The notes below the pieces were generated by a model. It made no database searches, was not told the DNA's origin, and saw nothing but the letters and a program-made list of their open reading frames with translations. 64,000 nt of DNA from Heteronotia binoei (lineage: Eukaryota), in contig NC_083232.1 of NCBI RefSeq assembly GCF_032191835.1, positions 69,688,001-69,752,000 on the forward strand, written 5' to 3'. Of this stretch, positions 36,525 to 48,773 are shown piece by piece. The position numbers and the translations under genes are program-made. Every line of letters starts with the position of its first letter. Position 1 is the stretch's first letter.

Positions 36525-37085
36525 CATTCTAAAGTGACCTTATGCTGAGTCAGACTATTGATCCATCAGGGTTGATATTGTCTAGTCTAGGGTTCCCTGA
36601 CCATTTTGAGCTTGAAGGCACCTGAGGAATTTTGACACAGTTGTGGTGGGTGCACCCACAAAATGGCTGCTGTAGAAGGGAAGCCAGCCACAGAAAGATT
36701 GCTGCAGCTTGCCTTCAGTCACAGTAAAGATCCTTGTGCTGTGGTGGGCAGCTGCTGCCAAAGCAATGTTTTAAAAAGTTTACACAACCAATCAAATCTC
36801 CGGGAGTCAATCAAAAGCCTTACTGGGCAAAGGCCCTACCTTGCCCAACACACTTCCTAAAACACTTGGCGGCTACCAGAAGAGGTGTTGGTGGCACCTT
36901 AGCACCCATCAACACATTTTGGGGACCCTGGTCTGCTCTGACTGGTAGAAACACTCTAGGGTCTTAGGGTCTAAGTGGTCTTTACTCTTTAGCACCACTT
37001 TCCACCATTATCCTTTTAAGTGTAGATGCCAGGGGTTAAGCTTATGACTTTAAGCATGCAAAGCAGGTGCTCTGTCACTGAGCCT
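36525..37085 (-). mobile_element. Squam3-like SINE split by a hAT-like MITE (36588-36930)
   Basis: MITE TIRs tagggttccc / ggggaccctg; TSD gtctagtc / gtctgctc, each one change from the gtctactc seen in the uninterrupted copy at 1543. Confidence 0.72.
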
Positions 37086-37422
37086 TCACCTACAGAAGTC
37101 TATAACTTCTAGTAAGTAAAGCATTTGACCCCTAGTAAGTAAGCATTTGACCCCATGCTTTCCTTCTAGGTGCCTTTTTCTGCAGTTGTTGGATTTATTT
37201 CCCAGAGACCAAACAGATGCCTGCTGCTTCTTGTGGCACAAGAACAAGCAGTGCTTTGACTAGCTTTAAAGAGACCACAAAGGTTTTGGAAGATAGATGT
37301 ATTTAGGTGTTTTAGTGCACCCTGTTATGTTGCCATGCTGTTATTTTCTGTGCTCCATTATTTTTCTAAAACACTGCTTTTTAAAAAAACTATTAAGTTC
37401 AGAGCTTCATTAGGAGGTTGTT

Positions 37423-37656
37423 TTATTCTGCAGCAAATACATGTTCAACATGGCAGGTATTCTTGTGCATGCGTGACACAACACATGAGTACACAAGGAA
37501 GATTAGACACAGCAATGCCACTGCTGTGAAGAAGAGAAGAAGTCCAGCAAACAGAGAGGGATTCACGGGCAACCAGACCCGATCACTCTCGGCTGGTATC
37601 ATGTTGGTGAGGCTAAGCATGTAGCCCAGGGACCAGGCGATGCTGCTGTTCCCCAC
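37423..37656 (-). CDS. ENTPD3: NTPDase3 last coding exon (VGNSSIAWSLGYML... TM2 ...VFAAE*)
   Basis: ACR5 (WSLG) and C-terminal TM helix; AG acceptor; TAA. Total spliced CDS 1584 nt = 527 aa plus stop. Confidence 0.95.
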   Translation of the reverse strand: MGNSSIAWSLGYMLSLTNMIPAESDRVWLPVNPSLFAGLLLFFTAVALLCLIFLVYSCVVSRMHKNTCHVEHVFAAE

Positions 37657-37758
37657 CTAAAATATAGAGAAGGACATAGCATCAGACTTGATCACTAGGA
37701 ACATTTATAGTTCTTCCAGCAGATAATAAAACTACCAACTTAAAGTCATGCTTCCACT

Positions 37759-37873
37759 TGGCTTTTTTTAGCAGGAATGCACAGGAATGCAGTTCCAGCT
37801 GGCTTGGCATCAGGGGGTGTGACCTAATATGCAAATGAGTACCTGCTGTTCTTTTTCTACCAACAAAGCCCTG
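37759..37873. mobile_element. hAT-like MITE, family C, in the last ENTPD3 intron
   Basis: Perfect 8-bp TSD cttccact; carries ATGCAAAT at 37829-37836. Confidence 0.8.
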
Positions 37874-37964
37874 CTTCCACTCCTTAGTAGCCCAGTCTTC
37901 TGTATCTTCATAATAGATGGGCAGCCTTGGTACAAGGAGGGTAGCTTAGTTGATAAGCTGTTGG

Positions 37965-38170
37965 TGGTGAAAAGCGCTGTCAAGTCGCAACCAACATGGC
38001 AACCCCATAAAATTTTTGAGATGAACAGAGTTCATTTGCCATTGCCTGCCTCTGCATAGTGAACCTTAACTTCCTTGATGGTCACCCATCCAAGTACTAA
38101 CCAGGGCTGACCCTGGTTAACTTCCAAGATCTGACAAGATCGGGCTCGCCTGGAACATCCAGGTCAGGGC
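37965..38170 (-). mobile_element. 5S rRNA-derived SINE (SINE3 type) with RTE-like tail
   Basis: Reverse complement cccgatcttgtcagatcttggaagttaaccagggtcagccctggttagtacttggatggg matches the 5S box A/IE/box C region; tail ggcaatggcaaa...gcgacttgac. Confidence 0.8.
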
Positions 38171-39050
38171 GGTTAGAAGTTAGTAATTTTTGCCTCTGCA
38201 AAAATTGCCTCAGAACACACCTTTTATTTTCCTGGGCTTTGTTCTTTGAAAAGAACCACTCAAAACCTACAGTCACGGTGGAATCAGTGTGGAGCATGAT
38301 TCCTTTGAGCTCCTTTAAGCCCTTGACAGTGCCAACTCCTACTCCCTGGGTGCACCTGATCTCCCAGTTGTTGTGAGGGCACAAAGAAAAGCTGCTCCAT
38401 GAAGATATACTGGTTAGGGATTAGTCAGTGGGCTGTTCTGTGGCCCTGCCAGCTGTCTGGATATAGTGACTCCTGATGCCAGTCATAGGAGGTGCACTGT
38501 GGATTCCTCCCATCTGGTCTGAAGGTTCTCATTATCTTTGTAGAATAAGAAGGCTGAACTTTAGTGGCTCTCCCAAAATGATGTGAGAAAGGGCACATTG
38601 ACACTTTCACACCTAAATCAACGTTTCTGTGCTTATTGTTTTTAAATGACTCAAAGAGGGAGGCTGAAAGCGGGGACATTCTGAGAACCAGCTACCTCAG
38701 TTGACTGCTTCATAATCAAGGCCAACCTGATGATTTGGTTCCTCAGACTAAAAATCCAAATACCGCCCTCCTTACCCACTCACTGGTTAGTATGTGGCAC
38801 AATCCTTCAAGACGTTCTCTGGCAGACAACCCGCCCCCCCCCCCTCCGCAAAGGAATGAATAGGAGCTGCAGAACGTTTCCACTGCTCGATGTTGCTGAA
38901 TGTTTAAGCTACCTCTGTTCATAGTTGGGGCAGCCTGGAAGCTATTTGTTTCTGCGACTGTAAGAAAATTGCTATAGGAGTGGTTTTAAATCTGACCTTA
39001 TTCAAGACCTTCCAGCATACATTTGTCTGGAGAGGGAGTTTAAAACTTAC

Positions 39051-39188
39051 TTCCTTCTGAAAGTGGATCTGAGGCCAAGTGTCTTCATTAAATTTATACC
39101 CATGTACAAGCAAGTAATAGATGTAGTTTGCTGAAAAGCAGTATGACCTCGCATACGTTTCCTCGAACTTAGGCAGCATAAAGGGAAG
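39051..39188 (-). CDS. ENTPD3: NTPDase3 exon (LPFMLPKFEETYARSYCFSANYIYYLLVHGYKFNEDTWPQIHFQKE)
   Basis: 138 nt, AG/GTAAG boundaries. Confidence 0.96.
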
Positions 39189-39510
39189 CTGAAAAATCAA
39201 AATGAACATTCACAATGAAGTCTGTCAATATATAACACCAGAGTATATTCCATACATTTAAAAAAATCCTATTAATTTCAGTTAGGAAGCTAAACATCTA
39301 ACTTTAGCTGATCATGTCTAGGGTTACAAACATTAAGTACATGAACATCAGAGGACTTTGGTTATGATTTTTTTGCACTGAACTGAAATGTTATGAAAAG
39401 AGTTAGGAAAAAATGCATGACATTAAATCCATGCATATGAATTTAGATAAATTGGTATAGTTGTGAGTACTTTCTATAGTTGATGTCACATGCAGGATGC
39501 TGATACAGAC

Positions 39511-39621
39511 CTGGACCCAGTTCTGTGCGCAGAAAGACCAGAGGCTTGAGTTGAAGTCATCCAGTGAAAATTGTCCAGATAAATTCAGAGCATTGGCTGT
39601 ATAATAGAATCCTGAAAAGGC
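39511..39621 (-). CDS. ENTPD3: NTPDase3 exon (AFSGFYYTANALNLSGQFSLDDFNSSLWSFCAQNWVQ)
   Basis: 111 nt, AG/GT boundaries. Confidence 0.96.
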
Positions 39622-39715
39622 CTATGAATAAAGCCAGACGAAAGATGTTTTACAGTTAACGGTTCAAACTGGGGAAAATAAACAGCTGCAAAGATATTAA
39701 TGTCTGCAAACTCAC

Positions 39716-39988
39716 CACAAACTTCCCTTTCACTTTTGGCTGGTAGACTCCATTAAATGAACAGTCCTCTCTGTCTTTGCAAGCTGTCGAATCAAACAAT
39801 GCAGACACGGCCTCCATACAGAGAAGTGGATCACCTGTTCCCACAACTGTCACAGGATGGATTGGATTGTAATTTTCTGGTCTTAGAAATTCTGTGCATC
39901 GGCTTCCATATAAGTGCTTCATTGTTAAAACGGTTTCATAATTTCGAGGATAACACGGATTCTCGATCCTGGATTTACTGACTGAATT
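39716..39988 (-). CDS. ENTPD3: NTPDase3 exon (NSVSKSRIENPCYPRNY...CSFNGVYQPKVKGKFV)
   Basis: 273 nt, AG/GTGAG boundaries, conserved cysteines. Confidence 0.96.
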
Positions 39989-40234
39989 CTGAAGGTTAAC
40001 AAAAAAAATAATGAAACAAGTTCAGTAGGAATTATTCACCTTCCTACACTAAGCCTAGAAAGGAAAAACTGTTACTGCAACATGCAGATAGATAATTGGA
40101 TGTTTTGGCATGGCCAAGACAGCTCTAATTTGAACAGGGATCTAAGTATGTTTGTGATAGCAATCATGCCTGCAATAGATAGTCAAATGCAATCTACCTT
40201 CAGTTAGATTCCAACAGAACTTGCTTGAGCGTAC

Positions 40235-40465
40235 CTGTAACATTGATGCTAACATTTGTTTCTCTGCTTCATCTCGCCCATAACATTGGTAGCTGTGGGT
40301 ATATATGCTATAATCATAACCATATAGCTGAAAATTTAGTGTGCTGTTGGAATTCTCAGCTGTTCCTTCAGGGATGAATGATATTTGAGTGGAGGCCCCT
40401 CCTAAATCGAGGGCTCCTGTCGTTTCTGCTCCGTCAGGACGGACCCAAGCGCGCCAAATGTTCTT
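40235..40465 (-). CDS. ENTPD3: NTPDase3 exon (KNIWRAWVRPDGAETTGALDLGGASTQISF...THSYQCYGRDEAEKQMLASMLQ)
   Basis: 231 nt, ACR4 DLGGASTQ, AG/GT boundaries. Confidence 0.96.
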
Positions 40466-40933
40466 CTAGAAATAAAGAGGGGAGAGTTGACGTATCATAC
40501 GCTGTGAGGTTGTGCTGTTCTCCCTCCAACTCCCTCTGCTCTGCTCTCTGAACGTCATGAAAGATTAATGCAGGGACACTCTTCCCCAGATTGTCTGTGG
40601 GTGTCTTGCAGACTAGAACATTCTTTCCAAGACGAAAGTGCAGTTTAAGAAGTACAGAGACATTACAACAACAGAAAAGGGGGGAATAAATTGACTTCCA
40701 TAGAATCCGTCAGAGCAGGAGAATCCCCACTGAGCTGTGCAGTGCCTTTGCAATACACCAAACAATGCCCACCACTGCTTTGGAGTAATGCGGGCCTACA
40801 GGGCCCAGCAGCAGCATACTGGTTCTTCTGTGGATGACCCGCAGTTAAAACCCTGTATTAAATCATAAAGTCCACTGGGCAATTTTATCCAAACTACCAT
40901 CTCTCTTCCCAGCCTACCACATGTACAATGAGT

Positions 40934-41095
40934 AAGAGTCCAGCAGAGTAACAAAATTTGTGGCAGGGTATGAACTTGAAGTGAGCAGTGACTCACGAAA
41001 GCTCAAACCCTGCCACAAATTTTGTGAGCCTTTAGGGTGCTACTGGACTCTTGCTCTTTTCTACTGCTACAGACTAACATGACTACCCATCTTGA
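40934..41095. mobile_element. Penelope-like remnant in inverted (head-to-head) arrangement
   Basis: Perfect 19-bp inverted arms at 40951-40969 and 41007-41025 enclosing the 3' half of a hammerhead motif (gtgagcagtgactcacgaaagctca). Confidence 0.7.
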
Positions 41096-42884
41096 TCAGT
41101 CTACAAGTAAAATGAGATACATTTTAGATCCTAAAAAGAGTTACGGGAATTCTTAATAATGGCTACTTTCACACAGGGATTTTTTCCCTGAGCATTCCCA
41201 TTCGCCTCCACTTTTGGGGGAGGAACTTCCACATGAAATCATTTTCTTTCTGAAGGGGACACAACAGGGCTCCTGGGGTTTTCCCCTTTAAGCCAGAGCA
41301 GAGGGAAATCCTCCTTTGCTCCAATTTACAGAGGGAATGCAGGGTGGCTGTGGGCACAGCACACAAGCCAATCCAGGGAGGGAGGTGGAGCTGAGCTCAG
41401 CCTTCAAAATGGAGGAGCTAACTTCCATTTTTCTGCCTCCCCTCCCAGCCCCTTACCTAGTCTCCCCCCCCCCCCCACCCCCTGCTGAGCCAGCTCTGCT
41501 CTGATGGGATTGAGAAGTGTTGTTGGGCTGGGGGAAGCCAGATTCTTGTCTGAGTGTTTGTGCACTGGCCAACACAGGGTCAGTGGGGTAGCAGTGCAAG
41601 GAAAGAACATATGGACAGCATTCCCATTCGCCTCCATTTTGCTCGCTGCTGCTTCCACAGTGGGGGTGGATTTTCTTCTCCCATGTGGAAACAGGTCATA
41701 ATTACAGTTCAAAACCTGTTTAATCTTTACTCCCAGAGGGAATCTGTTCCAGATTATGCTCCACAGTTTAAGTAATATATTAAGGAAGGGACAGATGGTG
41801 GGATTGGTGAAGATTTCACCCTCACAACACCCCTGCACTAGGGGTGAATGCGTGGATTCTGTATTGTTATGCAACCGTTACAGACATGGATTTACAGCTT
41901 GTGCTCTTTTGATTTCACTGTGTAAAGGCACTGCACAGAGATCGACAGGTGCCCCCTTGCTCTGCATGGAGATGCAGTGAGGGACTGCAGAACCATGGCT
42001 GTCGAGTGACCTCTGGCAACAGAAACAGTGGTTTCCCTAGTGTGTAAGATCCATCTGTCCCCAATCACACCTGTCACACCAAACAAGATGTGCTATAATA
42101 CAGGAGAAACTCCTTGCTTCTTTGGTCAGCCACATTATATACCCTCTAATGGGGTCCTTGATACCACCACTGCCATCTGCAGTGGAGAATGGCAAGGGAC
42201 CACAAGAATTAGACCATGGGAATGCACCTATGAAAGCATATTAGTTGTTAATATGACTAGTTTATTCTGGAATGGAGATTACCTATATTTAGAATGTCTG
42301 CAAAGTTAAGGGGGTTTACTTATAATCTAACCAGATGAATGAAATGTTATGTATGGATTTCAAATTTTAGAGATCTTAAGCTGTTGGCAATAGGATGGGC
42401 CAATTTTATTTCTTAACGATTTTTCTGCATAGTTTTTGCTTTTTACTTGTACTGGTCATTAGCCAAATAAATAAACTGATTGATTGAACCAAATGAATTG
42501 CATATGCTCCTCAGGTTTTTTTTAAATGTATGGTATCATTAACACTTTACAGGATTATTTGACATCTGTAATGCATAAGTTCGATTTGCAAGGTCAACCA
42601 GAAATCTTGTTAACAAAGGCCTAGTCTACAAAGGCAGCAGAATGAAGGGGTAGGATTTAAAAGTGGCAGAATGGACTGTACCACTTCAGACTGCAGGTGG
42701 GAAACTCACATTTTTAGTGGTTCCCCATATAATCTCCCCTGCAAATTAAAACCCCCAGCACATCAGCATTCTAGCCTCCACACGTGCTGTGCTAGTTTGC
42801 TATTTCCAGATAAATTATTAATGTATTAGTATTGAAAATGGGAGCTTCCATTTGCAGTTTGTAGCGGTACAGTACATTTTAGAA

Positions 42885-43528
42885 CAGGGGTGTCAAACAT
42901 GCGGCCCACTGGCCGGATTGAGTCCCCAGAGGGCTCCTATCAGGCCTGCGAGCAACTCACTGTTGTCCACTTCCTTCTCCATCTCTTGCTTCCTTTCTGC
43001 ATCACGGCTTGCTTTGCCAGGCTCAGTCAAGCTACAGAGCAAAGCCTCTGTTTTTTCCATTTGCTGACCAGTGCATGAAGCAACTTATGTACAAAAGCTT
43101 GCAATGCCCAGCCATTTCATATTTTCTTCTGGGTCTCAGGCTCAAAGCATTGACCATGAAATTTCTGTAATGAATGTCAGTAAACCAAAAGTAAGTTTGC
43201 AACTTATAGACACACACCTGAACAACACCTGAATAGCATACTCAAGATTGCTACAGCACAGACATTGTCTCCAGATTTTGACGCAATAATTTAGAGCAAG
43301 AAGTGTCAGTTACCAGAAGCTGTTAAATAAACAAACTATTGCAGGAGTGCAAATCTTTTAACCATGTTTTAACTTTTTTTTAAAAATCTTTAATTATGTT
43401 TGTCTGTGTCATTTATAAAGTTTATATCTCTGCTACCTGGCATTACATTTTATGACACACACGGCCCAGCCCAACATGATCTCATTTATGTCAGATCCGG
43501 CCCTAATAATAAATGAGTTTGATACCTC
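42885..43528. mobile_element. hAT-like MITE, family B
   Basis: caggggtgtcaaac ... gagtttgatacctc; homologous to 980-1418. Confidence 0.75.
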
Positions 43529-43780
43529 ATCCTCCTGCCCCCTTCATACCTGCTGCATGTATAAACCAGGTCTTAGGACCTTTGCAATCCAGAGATTCCG
43601 AAAACTACTGTCATTCATTTGGCATTGAAGGACACACTAATAGTACAGCACTAACAAAACTCTAATCATCTCTTACATAATAGGTGCAGTTATACAAGTC
43701 TCAGCACATATATCCATTTGAACACTTGTGATTTATCAAACAATAGTAATGTAATAAAACATGCAGATTGTTCCACACAC

Positions 43781-43940
43781 CTCCAAGAAATTGCCCATTA
43801 AATAGTTGGCTGTAATCCATCCATATACCCCTTCCTCTTGCCCAGTTATGATTTGAGCACCCCTAAAGTCAAAGGGCTGGGATGCGAAGTAGTTTTGAAT
43901 GCTCTCAAGGACTTCATTGGCTGCTGTTTCATTTTGCAAC
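43781..43940 (-). CDS. ENTPD3: NTPDase3 exon (LQNETAANEVLESIQNYF...GQEEGVYGWITANYLMGNFLE)
   Basis: 160 nt, ACR3 with catalytic Glu (EEGVYGW), AG/GT boundaries. Confidence 0.97.
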
Positions 43941-45317
43941 CTAAGCAATTCACAGAACACAAAACGCTGAGTGCCTGAAAGGAGAAGCTCACCCTTCATC
44001 ATTTGCCAAATCTAGCGATTAGAGGGGAAAGTTTGTGACTTCCCCCTCTATTTTGATGTGTAGGGGCAGCCTTTGAATAAGACCGGTTCATACATGCATG
44101 CACATTGCTCAGTTACTCAACAGTTATTGGCTTTGTCAAAAGTATCAGTGGTCTCCATTGAAAAATACATGCTGGAGAAAACACTAGGTGATAGGAAAGT
44201 AGTTAACCTGTTATGGCTCATATCTAAGTTATCACAAACACCAAGTGATGAATCTGTGTGGGGGGGTGCTTGAACATGCTGCAGGATACAGAGCCAGATG
44301 GGATTAATCAATCATCCTGGAGGTCTTACAAGAATATACTTCAACCAACCATGGATGTTCCTTCTCAATTAAAAATATGTTTAGTGACTGGATTACCCAT
44401 GGACATAATCTAAAAGTCACAGATTTGCTACCATCCCCAGCTTTTCTAAATAACAAATATAGCACATACAGTGCACCCAAATGCTATTTCACTACGGATA
44501 GCCAATGATTTGCATGCCAAAAACGCAATGAAAATGGTTAGGGATTGTTTCTCTAGACATTAGCCACAATTTCTATCAATTCAATTCTCAGTTCCAGAGT
44601 AGCAATATGGTACGCTTTCTATATATTAGAGCAAGCCAGATGTATACTTAACTTCACAAGCTTTTCTAGTCCATGGAGTAAAATGTAAGCCACCCAAGCC
44701 CACCCACTACCAATCCTTGGGGGCCCTATTTGGGTGAAAAGGTGGCATAGAACTGTTTGCAATAAATCCTGTGGCTGGCAATATGTTGCAATATACTGCT
44801 TCCACACAGCAGTACTCGAAGGTTCTGTTTGCATTCTGCACCCAAAACCTGTACCTGCACAAATGTTTATACAACCACAGGTGTATGCAGAGCATCAAAT
44901 GCAGATGCCCCACACGCAACATGGGCCGAGCCCACTCTTCTTGGTTCATGGCATGCAGCAGTGGCAACTTGCAGTCCAAGGGGCCTGGTCTGTGCAGTCC
45001 CAATAAATACATATTCCACATTTATTATGAAACTCTCAGGAACACTAAGACCTCAGATCACTTTAAGGCTAATCAATAATCACAAATTGGCCTGAAGTTG
45101 TAAGATGATTTTATCAATCACAATCCCAGGGAAGGTCAGGCTTCCTTTTCAACAGACAGGGCTTAGTCAAACATGCCTATTCATATATCTGCACAGACTG
45201 ATAAGTCTTAAGGCAAGGAAAGAACTTGGTAATGAACTATTACACTGCTCTATTGACACCCTGTTGCATGCAACAGTTATCTTACTCGTAGGTATTGGTG
45301 ATATGTTTTTACAATAC

Positions 45318-45468
45318 CTCAGTAATCTCATTCCAGCAGTGGCTCCCAGGTAGACAGGTGTATGCCTTTGCAAGTGAAATGGAATTTTTCCCTTGACTTT
45401 ATCCATACAGTCATCAATAGGCTTAGCAATTTCTTGAGGGTTACTCCCATAGCTGGATATCCCAGGAC
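45318..45468 (-). CDS. ENTPD3: NTPDase3 exon (PGISSYGSNPQEIAK...VYLGATAGMRLL)
   Basis: 151 nt, ACR2 GATAGMR, AG/GT boundaries. Confidence 0.97.
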
Positions 45469-46682
45469 CTAAGACAGTGTAATTAAAGGAGTTAGCTTTG
45501 TTGTGCCAAGTGTGCTTTAAAACTAATCAGAAAGGTATGTTTAATTATTACTTTGTTCCTTTAAGCAAATGTTGTTTAGAAAATAATTCTCTCTCTCTCT
45601 CTTGTAAGCAAGTAAAAAAGACTGCTATCACAAGTGCTGCCTTTCATGCAAGCTCTATTTCTGGAGCCCTGCATTATCTATACTTTCAGCTTGCCAATAA
45701 TGCTGCATTAACGTTCTACAGGCATTGGAGAGAAGGATATCTCCTGGAAAGAGAGCATTTCAGCTATCATCACAACCCATTTATTTACAGGCCGCCTTTC
45801 TTGCCAAGACTCAAGGTGGATTATAAACTGTTAAAACAATGCAATTGAACAACAGTACGACATTCAAGACACAATGCAATATGACTGGGATTATAAAACT
45901 GAAAAACAGTGCAAACAAAAACAGTCTAGGATATGGCGTACTATAAATAATGCAGAGAATGGATTTTACACAGTAGAAGAATGTAGTAGGAGCAAGACAA
46001 TGCATACAATGAACGGTGCAAAACACTACAATCTTATTTCCTTTATAAAAACACCCCTTTGAGCCATTCCTTTATATTACAAGCAAGCAAAAATGATACA
46101 TCTTCACACAACTGTGACAATGCCTAAGGTATACATTGCTAAGTATTAAATGCAGATGGGCCAGTAGTTGAGGTAATAACCTTTAAAAAATTGCAGAGGC
46201 CCTTTCAGACAGATTTTTTGTTCCACCTGAGGCTCCCAACTACAGCAGATTATTTTTGAGCTTCCACCCATCTTTGTTGCCCATCTGTTTCCCTTGCACG
46301 GTTTCCCTGTGCTTTCCTCATGTGTCCTTAAGTCCACGTTTGCTCTGATGTTTCCTCCTGGTGAGATGCTGAAGTGCATCTGCCTGTAAGCTGGAAGGTA
46401 TGCTCCCTTCCAAAAGGCACCACCCTCATTTCATTCCCACTGTGTGGGAGATTTAAGGAGCTGGGCTTCATTTTAGTGTCTCAGGATGCAAGTTTGGACC
46501 AGACCTTGGCATGCCTTTCAATCTTGCAGTTTCTGTTAAGATTGTAAACCTAATTTAAGGAAACCATGGACAGCCAAGGCAATGAGAGGACTCATGATGA
46601 AGTTTACAACACTGGAGAGGTGTTTATTTTATTAATTTATATCCATTTTTTCTCTTGTGGGGTCACATCACATCACAAGTAC

Positions 46683-46870
46683 CAAGGCTTTTTTTGAACA
46701 GGAACACACAGGAATGCAGTTCCAGCTGGCTTGGTGTTAGGAGGTGTGGCCTAATATGCAAATTAGTTCCCGCCAGGCTTCATCCACAAAAAATCCTGTG
46801 TGAAACAATGGTGATATCGGGTAATATGCAAATGAGTTACTGCTGGGCTTTTTCTACCAAAAAAGCCCTG
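46683..46870. mobile_element. hAT-like MITE, family C
   Basis: TSD acaagtac / acaagtat; two ATGCAAAT octamers at 46756 and 46826. Confidence 0.82.
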
Positions 46871-46878
46871 ACAAGTAT

Positions 46879-47066
46879 ACATGAAACTGCCTTACACTGA
46901 GCCAAACCACTGACATATCAAGCTCAGTATAGGCTAACTCTGAGTAGCAACTGTTCCCCAGGGCCTTTTTTGCATCTTCTCCCACCAGAGATCCTTTTGA
47001 CCTAGGGAGCCAGGACCTGAACCTGGAACCTTCTGCATGCAAAGCAGATGTTCTGTCACTGAGCCT
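46879..47066 (-). mobile_element. Squam3-like SINE (degenerate)
   Basis: Homologous to 1543-1755. Confidence 0.65.
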
Positions 47067-48110
47067 CAGCCTGTGGCTCCAAATCATTCTTTCCTCCCTC
47101 ACTTTATCCTCACAACAACCACTTTGCAAGTACAAGGTCACTCTGTGAGTTTCCATGACAGAACATGTATTGTTCCACTCTGACCAATATGGTATCAAGA
47201 AGATGATCAGACATACAGTGCCAAATGAGTTTGATAGTGTATGAAGCCGTCTATAAGCAGCACAAATATTTATTAATTTACCCATCCATTTGTCGCTTTA
47301 GAAAATAATACCACAACTATTTTAGAAAACAGCACCAAAATTGCTCCAGAGTGATGTGTGTTGGTGGTACTGTAGGTACTAGCCTTTAGGCACCTTCCAT
47401 AACCAACTTTTCCCCAGTTCCTTGCTGGAAACTTTTAGGACCAGGTTTTCAGAGTTTACCCCAGGACAGAGAAAGGTACATTTGTATTGATTGCAGTAAG
47501 GGTGCTTTTCAAACTGCCCTCAATGCACTAAACAGTTAGATGTGTCCTTTATTCAGTTTAGCAATTCATATCCTGAGGTCTCATGAAATGAAATAAAAAC
47601 CAATGGTCAACCTCAGCATGGGGAAAATTCAAAAGTGTGGTCCTCTGAGTTAAAAATTCCCCACCACATGAGGGAATCGGGGTGAGAACTTCACTTTAGA
47701 TTATAGTGGTCCATGCGCTCCCTTTCATTAGTCACCAGAAGAGGCCCATCAAACCAATAATTTTCAGACAGGATTCTATTTATGAACTCCAGATCTTACT
47801 TTTTAAAAACTGTTCTTATAATTCAACATGCTTAAAAAGAACATCAAATACTCCCACAGAAGCAGCCCTGCCTAATTGTGTGCATGAGAGGAGATGTTCA
47901 TGGGTTTATACCCATCAATTGAAAATCTCACTTTACTGTCTAGCATCCTTTGATTACAGAGCACACGTCTTCAAAAACAGCCTGGCCTGCCCTCCTCCAA
48001 GCAGAGACAGCACAATGCAGCACTTCAGACAAAAGGCCCTCTTTAACTGGATCTAAGGAGATTTTCTTCCCTTGATTTGTACAAAATCATGACAGAGATG
48101 GAATGTTTAA

Positions 48111-48300
48111 TCAAGTCACAGCCGGCTCATGACAACCCTGTAGGGTTTTCAAAGCAAGAAACATTGAGAGGTGGTTTGTCATTCTGTGCAGCAACCCTGG
48201 ACTCCTTGGAGGTCTCCCATCCAAGTACTAACCAGGGCCAACCCAGCTGAGCTTCTGAGATCTGATGAGATCAGGCTAGCCTGTGCCATGCAGGTCAGGG
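48111..48300 (-). mobile_element. 5S rRNA-derived SINE
   Basis: Reverse complement contains cctggttagtacttggatgggagacc, matching the 5S IE/box C region, followed by a non-5S tail. Confidence 0.82.
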
Positions 48301-48773
48301 TATAAAACAGGATGACCTGCTTGCTACATTTTAAGCCCACATTTTCTTACCCAAGCCTAGTGTGTGACACCAGTGCCTGGAGACTCTGCTCTTGCATAGC
48401 CTTCTACACAGAACCATTGAAAACATCTTTTTTTGATCTGCAATTGCCACCACCCCCGCCCGTTAGTGTTTCACAGCTATGATCCTGCAGATTCACAGAG
48501 GAGGAAACCATCAATTTCCCTCATGAGGAGATGCATGCGCTTCCCACACATTTGGAGCTGCCAAACCTGTCCCTCTGTTAAAAACAGAGAAGCTGTCTTG
48601 TTGTAAGAAACTGCCAGTCTTTTTTTTTAAATTATTATTATGTGCCAGACATGTGCTGAGAAGGACTCATACCCAAGGAACAGCCAACCCCACTCTCTTC
48701 CCCTGGATTGTTTGGTTTATGGTATTTCCTTTGGTATCCTCTTATACTGTCAAAACTCGTGTTTTGCCTTTAC

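Noticed and set aside
38080-38150. 5S rRNA gene (also 48205-48280)
   Set aside because: Lacks the 5S 5' and 3' ends and continues into a SINE tail, so it is a SINE head.
44600-45100. Overlapping 88-104 aa ORFs as a possible endogenous viral element
   Set aside because: No viral motifs recognised; consistent with random intronic ORFs.
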